Source: Clostridia bacterium (GTDB lineage: Bacteria; Bacillota; Clostridia; UBA1212; UBA1255). Taken from it: a stretch of 64,000 nt of DNA. The position numbers were made by a program, and so were the translations under genes. The notes beneath the pieces were generated by a model. That model worked only from the letters and a program-made list of their open reading frames with translations. It was not told the DNA's origin and did no database searches. Every line of letters begins with the position of its first letter. Positions within the stretch are counted from its first letter, which is position 1. The stretch lies in contig JAFZSK010000011.1 of the NCBI GenBank assembly GCA_017620915.1, positions 4,647-68,646 on the forward strand. Direction: 5' to 3'. Of the stretch, positions 59,939-64,000 are shown in pieces.

Positions 59939-59973
59939 ACACTGCATAGAAAGCGCAGAAAGAAGGAATAAAA

Positions 59974-60720
59974 ATGAAACTTAAATTGTTTGCTTTAACA
60001 GTTATCACGGCGCTGGTGCTGACGGCATTGTTCGCGTTGAACGCCTGCATGGTACTGGGTACACAACCGGACGCGACCGCCGCTCCCGGCGAAAACGTTT
60101 CGGAAGTGACCGTCGATGATCCGGAACTCTATTACAAGACCAGGTACGAAAATGCCGCGTTCCTTTATTCCGTTGGCCATCCGGACAACTGGACCGTAGT
60201 CACCGGCAGCAGCGGCAACGCTCTGGAAGATCTTAAATTAGGACAGATGAGCAGCTTCGCCGGCGGATTCCTGTGCTGCAAGGTAGTTCCCTCCGCGCAG
60301 TCCGACAGAGACTACCACGACGTCACCGCCTCGTTCTGCGTTTACAAGCTCAATCTTAAAGGCGAAAAGCACGACCTGACTTCGGCCGGACAGATCCTTG
60401 AAAGCCTGATGAGCGCCAGCAGCGACAGCTTCAAATTTGAATGGTTCACCCAGGGCGATCTCAACAGAGCCTCCATCAAATTCACGGATACAAAGCCGCA
60501 GGACGAAGTACCGTATCAGTTCGAGTTTAAAACCGCTTCGTACGAGTTCGTAAGAGGAAGCAACGCGTGGAAGGGCAAAGTCTACGTCACTTCTCTGGAT
60601 GACAGTTCGTGGTTCATCATCTGTGCAGAATCCGTCGAATCCGACTGGGCGGCTAATTACCCGATCTTCCAGAACATGGCGCACGACTTTGTGCTGCTCG
60701 GCGCGGCGGTCAACGGCTGA
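59974..60720 (+). CDS. Putative lipoprotein
   Basis: Signal peptide with LNAC. Confidence 0.7.
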   Translation: MKLKLFALTVITALVLTALFALNACMVLGTQPDATAAPGENVSEVTVDDPELYYKTRYENAAFLYSVGHPDNWTVVTGSSGNALEDLKLGQMSSFAGGFLCCKVVPSAQSDRDYHDVTASFCVYKLNLKGEKHDLTSAGQILESLMSASSDSFKFEWFTQGDLNRASIKFTDTKPQDEVPYQFEFKTASYEFVRGSNAWKGKVYVTSLDDSSWFIICAESVESDWAANYPIFQNMAHDFVLLGAAVNG

Positions 60721-60769
60721 CAACGCTTCCCGTCTCTGAAGACTACGAGCCATAATAGCAGAGTCGCAG

Positions 60770-60814
60770 AAAAAGGCCGCCCGGTGATTTAAAACTCCGG
60801 GCGGTCTGTTTTTT
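60770..60814. terminator. Bidirectional intrinsic terminator
   Basis: AAAAAGGCCGCCCGG..CCGGGCGGTCTGTTTTTT between convergent genes. Confidence 0.8.
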
Positions 60815-60844
60815 ATACTATTGTATCACGAATAAAGCCGGGAG

Positions 60845-61822
60845 CTACTGACCGAGGATCTGCCTGCGCTTTGCCTCGTACTCCGCGTCAGTGATCACAC
60901 CGGACTCTAAAAGGTTTTGCCAGGTCGCCAGCAGTTCCGCGTTTCTGGGTCCGGTAACTGTATTGACGGCCGCTCCGGTCTGCAGTTTCTGCTCATTGAC
61001 CCGCAGCAGCCAGTAACCGATCAGCAGAAGCGGAATAGTAAAGATCATTATTCCGTCGATCGTAACGAAATAGATCTGAAATATATATCTTGAGATCCCG
61101 GTATAGCCTTTAAGCTCTTTAAGAATAGAAAACAAAAACAGCAGGCGCAGCAGGAAATACACCGTTCCGGGAATGAACCATATGTATATAAATGCATTTA
61201 TACTTTTATTGACGATCTGCGATGCCAGCAGCATTGCCGCCGTTCCGGCAAATACCAGCATCAGCACCAACATCGAGCGACGGGACTCGATTACCAGCGC
61301 CTTAGATAAAACTCCGCTTATATAATTATACACGGTCAAAAGAAAGAGCACGCCAAACAAAACGGTCAGGGCCATCTTATGGGGTTTTACCAGTAATATG
61401 ATACCGATCGCAATATAAATCGCGTACCAGATCATATTAAACAAGCCTGAGGATCGTCCTATGTTTAAATCATAAAAGACACCATAAAAATCATAACCAA
61501 AAAAAGGGGCCAGATTTATTATAAAATTGAAAAACCCTATGAACACAAAAAAGATTCCCGCGTAACCTGCGATCGTATTGACCTTCTGGCGAAAGAACAA
61601 TACGATGCCGACCGCGATCAAAGAAGCAATATATAAAAACGGCGCATACCGGACAATCAGCTGAAGTACCTTACCAAAAGGATCTAATTGTCTGAAATAT
61701 AATGAGAAACTAAAAAACTCCTTTAGGTCCGGGAACAAAGCAATGATCGCCACCAGACCGAGCAGCAGCGACGCGGCGGCAATTATGATCTGACCGACCG
61801 GAATATGTTTAGAGTCAGACAT
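60845..61822 (-). CDS. Polytopic membrane protein with a C-terminal SHOCT domain
   Basis: Multiple TM helices; LLESGVITDAEYEAKRRQIL. Confidence 0.8.
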   Translation of the reverse strand: MSDSKHIPVGQIIIAAASLLLGLVAIIALFPDLKEFFSFSLYFRQLDPFGKVLQLIVRYAPFLYIASLIAVGIVLFFRQKVNTIAGYAGIFFVFIGFFNFIINLAPFFGYDFYGVFYDLNIGRSSGLFNMIWYAIYIAIGIILLVKPHKMALTVLFGVLFLLTVYNYISGVLSKALVIESRRSMLVLMLVFAGTAAMLLASQIVNKSINAFIYIWFIPGTVYFLLRLLFLFSILKELKGYTGISRYIFQIYFVTIDGIMIFTIPLLLIGYWLLRVNEQKLQTGAAVNTVTGPRNAELLATWQNLLESGVITDAEYEAKRRQILGQ

Positions 61823-62351
61823 TGCCGTTACCCCTCAGTTTTTTGAAATATGCGGCCACCATAGTCTGATATTCCTCCGGCGTGATCTTGCCCTCCTGCA
61901 GAAGCCGGTCGTAAGTCTGGATCTCACTAGCGGAAATCGTCATGGTCGCCTCATCATCGGCGGTATTGACCGGTCTCACGGGCTGGCCGGGGGCGGCAGC
62001 GTAATTGACCGGCCTCGCAGCCTGTCCGGGAGCGGCGGCGTTATTGACCGGTCTGGCGGGCTGGTTGGGGGCGGGGGCGTAGTTGACCGGTCTCGCGGTC
62101 TGGCCGGGAGCGGGGGCAGTGCGCACCGCGTTGTCAACGCGCGCCTTTTTGTCCGGCAGGGCAACGACCATAAGCATACCGACGATCCCGGTAAAAAATA
62201 CCCAGGCGAAATATGCTCTGTCGGTCCAGCCCTTCTCCTCCGCGATCTCCTTGAACACGCGGCAGACCGCACAGTGGATAGCGATCGTGACGATAAGTGA
62301 AATTATGACAATAAAACCGTATACGGCAAAAAAATCAGATATGTCAGGCAT
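61815..62351 (-). CDS. Membrane protein with 13-aa repeats and a SHOCT-like tail
   Basis: Two TM helices, about 4 copies of APAPGQxARPVNY, and LLQEGKITPEEY. Confidence 0.78.
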   Translation of the reverse strand: MPDISDFFAVYGFIVIISLIVTIAIHCAVCRVFKEIAEEKGWTDRAYFAWVFFTGIVGMLMVVALPDKKARVDNAVRTAPAPGQTARPVNYAPAPNQPARPVNNAAAPGQAARPVNYAAAPGQPVRPVNTADDEATMTISASEIQTYDRLLQEGKITPEEYQTMVAAYFKKLRGNGNV

Positions 62352-63192
62352 GATATGACCCTCCCTTTGGGGTTATGAAACTCGCTTTATAGTCTCGATT
62401 GATCCAGTAGCCGAACAGCAGCAGCGCGGCCGTAAAGAATAATACGGCAACATTTCTAAAGTGATACCCGTTGTAGCCAATTAACCATACAATAAGCAAG
62501 ACCGCAAAGAACAGGACTCCGGGAATGAACCAGACGTGCTGAAACGTGTCCTCTCCTTTTTCGTGCCGAATGGATATGTACAAAAACACTACCAGCAGTA
62601 TGTACGCCAGCAGAAACGCGGCTAACCCGATAATTTCAAGTACTCCGTTTTTTCTGTACTCTATTATATCGCTATAATAATTACCAAAGTAGTCATACCC
62701 TTCATATTTAGTAAAATCATGATTATTCAGAGTGCGTACCAGACAGAATATTTTGTAAAACATAGCGAAAAAGCCGAATACGAGCGTTGTGATCACCATC
62801 GCTATCAGCGTTGTTTTTTTGCTTTTTCCGCGCATCAGTACAAAGCCCGCCGCAGCCAGAAACATCAGTGAAACGCCAAATAGAAAATACTGCTGATAGA
62901 AGTGGCGGTAATACATGATCGACTGGCAGATCCCGTATTCTATTAAACAGACCGAAGCCAGCGCCGCGTATTTTTTCGCGCCGAAATCAGTTTTTACCAG
63001 CAGCATGACTCCCAGTACTATAAAAGATATCTCAAACAGGACCGTCGGAGCAAACAACGTGAAATAAGCACGCGATGAATAACTTAAATTATTAAATGCC
63101 CATCTGCATTCGAAAAAACTCAAAACTGCGAACACGAACATAAGTACGGCAAACGCGATCTGATCTTTTGTCTTTTCTTTTGATTCGGTCAT
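62344..63192 (-). CDS. Polytopic membrane protein
   Basis: Multiple TM helices; shares WFIPG..F and LLLxGYW with 60845-61822. Confidence 0.72.
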   Translation of the reverse strand: MTESKEKTKDQIAFAVLMFVFAVLSFFECRWAFNNLSYSSRAYFTLFAPTVLFEISFIVLGVMLLVKTDFGAKKYAALASVCLIEYGICQSIMYYRHFYQQYFLFGVSLMFLAAAGFVLMRGKSKKTTLIAMVITTLVFGFFAMFYKIFCLVRTLNNHDFTKYEGYDYFGNYYSDIIEYRKNGVLEIIGLAAFLLAYILLVVFLYISIRHEKGEDTFQHVWFIPGVLFFAVLLIVWLIGYNGYHFRNVAVLFFTAALLLFGYWINRDYKASFITPKGGSYHA

Positions 63193-63240
63193 TGTGAAGT
63201 CCTTCCTGATCTGTGTCGGTACGCGGCACCTGGTTAACTG

Positions 63241-63888
63241 TCAAATATGGAATATCTTCTGGATCGTCCGGTATTCGCCCAGCACCAGGAGCGTTTTGTC
63301 GTCTGTAAGCACGGTGTCGGGCGTGATATTGACGTCCAGTTTGCCGTTCTGTTTCAGGCCCAGGATGTTGATGCCGTAGTTACGGCGGACATTGAGTTGG
63401 CCGACGGACTTGCCGATCCACGGTTCCGGCATGGTCACTTCGAACATGCCCTTGGACTCGTCGATCTCCACATAGTCCAGGATATGCTCGGAGCTGTAGC
63501 GGATGGCGGAGAGTTTCGCCATCTGCTTTTCGGGGTATACCACTTCGTCGGCACCGTTGCGCAGCAGGAACTTCTCCTGTACGTCGCGCTCCGCCCGGGA
63601 AACCACGTGTTTCGCGCCAAGTTCCTTGAGATTCGACGTGGTCTCCAGCGAGCTCTGGAAATCGCTGCTGATAGTCACTATGCACACGTCGTAGTTGCGG
63701 ACGCCCAGCGACTTCAGGAATTCTTTGCTGTTGCTGTCGCCGATCTGCGCGCCGGAAACAAAGTTCATCGATTCGTTGACGCGGGACTCGTCGCGGTCAA
63801 TGGCCATCACTTCATGCCCGAGCGTCGTCAACTGATACGCCAGATGCTTACCGAACCGGCCCAATCCTATAACCAGAAACGATTTCAT
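63241..63888 (-). CDS. trkA: TrkA/KtrA potassium uptake regulatory subunit
   Basis: VIGLGRFG, LKELG, GADEVVYPE and an RCK-C domain. GAGGTG RBS before ATG 63888. Confidence 0.9.
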   Translation of the reverse strand: MKSFLVIGLGRFGKHLAYQLTTLGHEVMAIDRDESRVNESMNFVSGAQIGDSNSKEFLKSLGVRNYDVCIVTISSDFQSSLETTSNLKELGAKHVVSRAERDVQEKFLLRNGADEVVYPEKQMAKLSAIRYSSEHILDYVEIDESKGMFEVTMPEPWIGKSVGQLNVRRNYGINILGLKQNGKLDVNITPDTVLTDDKTLLVLGEYRTIQKIFHI

Positions 63889-63908
63889 GTTCTGCACCTC
63901 TTCATTCA

Positions 63909-63930
63909 GGGGTCTGTCCCCCGTATTAAA
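63909..63930 (+). repeat. Intergenic copy of the GGTCTGTCCCC repeat
   Basis: GGGGTCTGTCCCCCGTATTAAA. Confidence 0.85.
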
Positions 63931-63945
63931 CCGTATTGACCCTGC

Positions 63946-64000
63946 TTATCCGACGGTAATTTTGCCCAGCGGGAAGCGGGAGTTGTAGTAGTTTTTATCC
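63946..64000 (-). CDS. C-terminus of a probable TrkH/KtrB potassium transporter (partial)
   Basis: ..DKNYYNSRFPLGKITVG*, a typical I.VG ending, directly upstream of trkA. Confidence 0.55.
   Translation of the reverse strand, partial: DKNYYNSRFPLGKITVG

Noticed and set aside
58619-59947. 442-aa minus-strand ORF
   Set aside because: Shadow of the PHP-like hydrolase, which has clear motifs and an RBS.

Overview
This is a GC-rich bacterial chromosome segment. Gene content, ribosome-binding sites and sigma-A promoters suggest Bacillota/Clostridia, which is an inference. 1-10 kb: an S66 peptidase, a soluble AAA+/M41-protease fusion, and a convergent lexA-TerB_N/C-BrxD-like ATPase-Lhr helicase operon with its own palindromic operator. 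10-25 kb: mixed metabolic and secreted-protein genes. 25.9-31.9 kb and 49.6-50.1 kb: co-oriented small accessory genes separated by about 9 clear copies of a 20-bp site (CGACAAA-N6-TTTGTCG, asymmetric core, both orientations) that looks like a tyrosine-recombinase cassette array. 32-50.5 kb: a decayed integrative element next to tRNA-Ser(UGA), with a duplicated tRNA 5' half, a tRNA 3'-like remnant at 28.8 kb, arm-like repeats and excisionase-like genes, carrying a GH38/GH78 glycan-utilisation locus. 50.6-64 kb: mostly housekeeping genes containing 11 of the window's 12 exact copies of GGTCTGTCCCC, mostly inside ORFs. No integrase, CRISPR array or rRNA gene was seen. All calls come from reading motifs by eye; no database searches were run.
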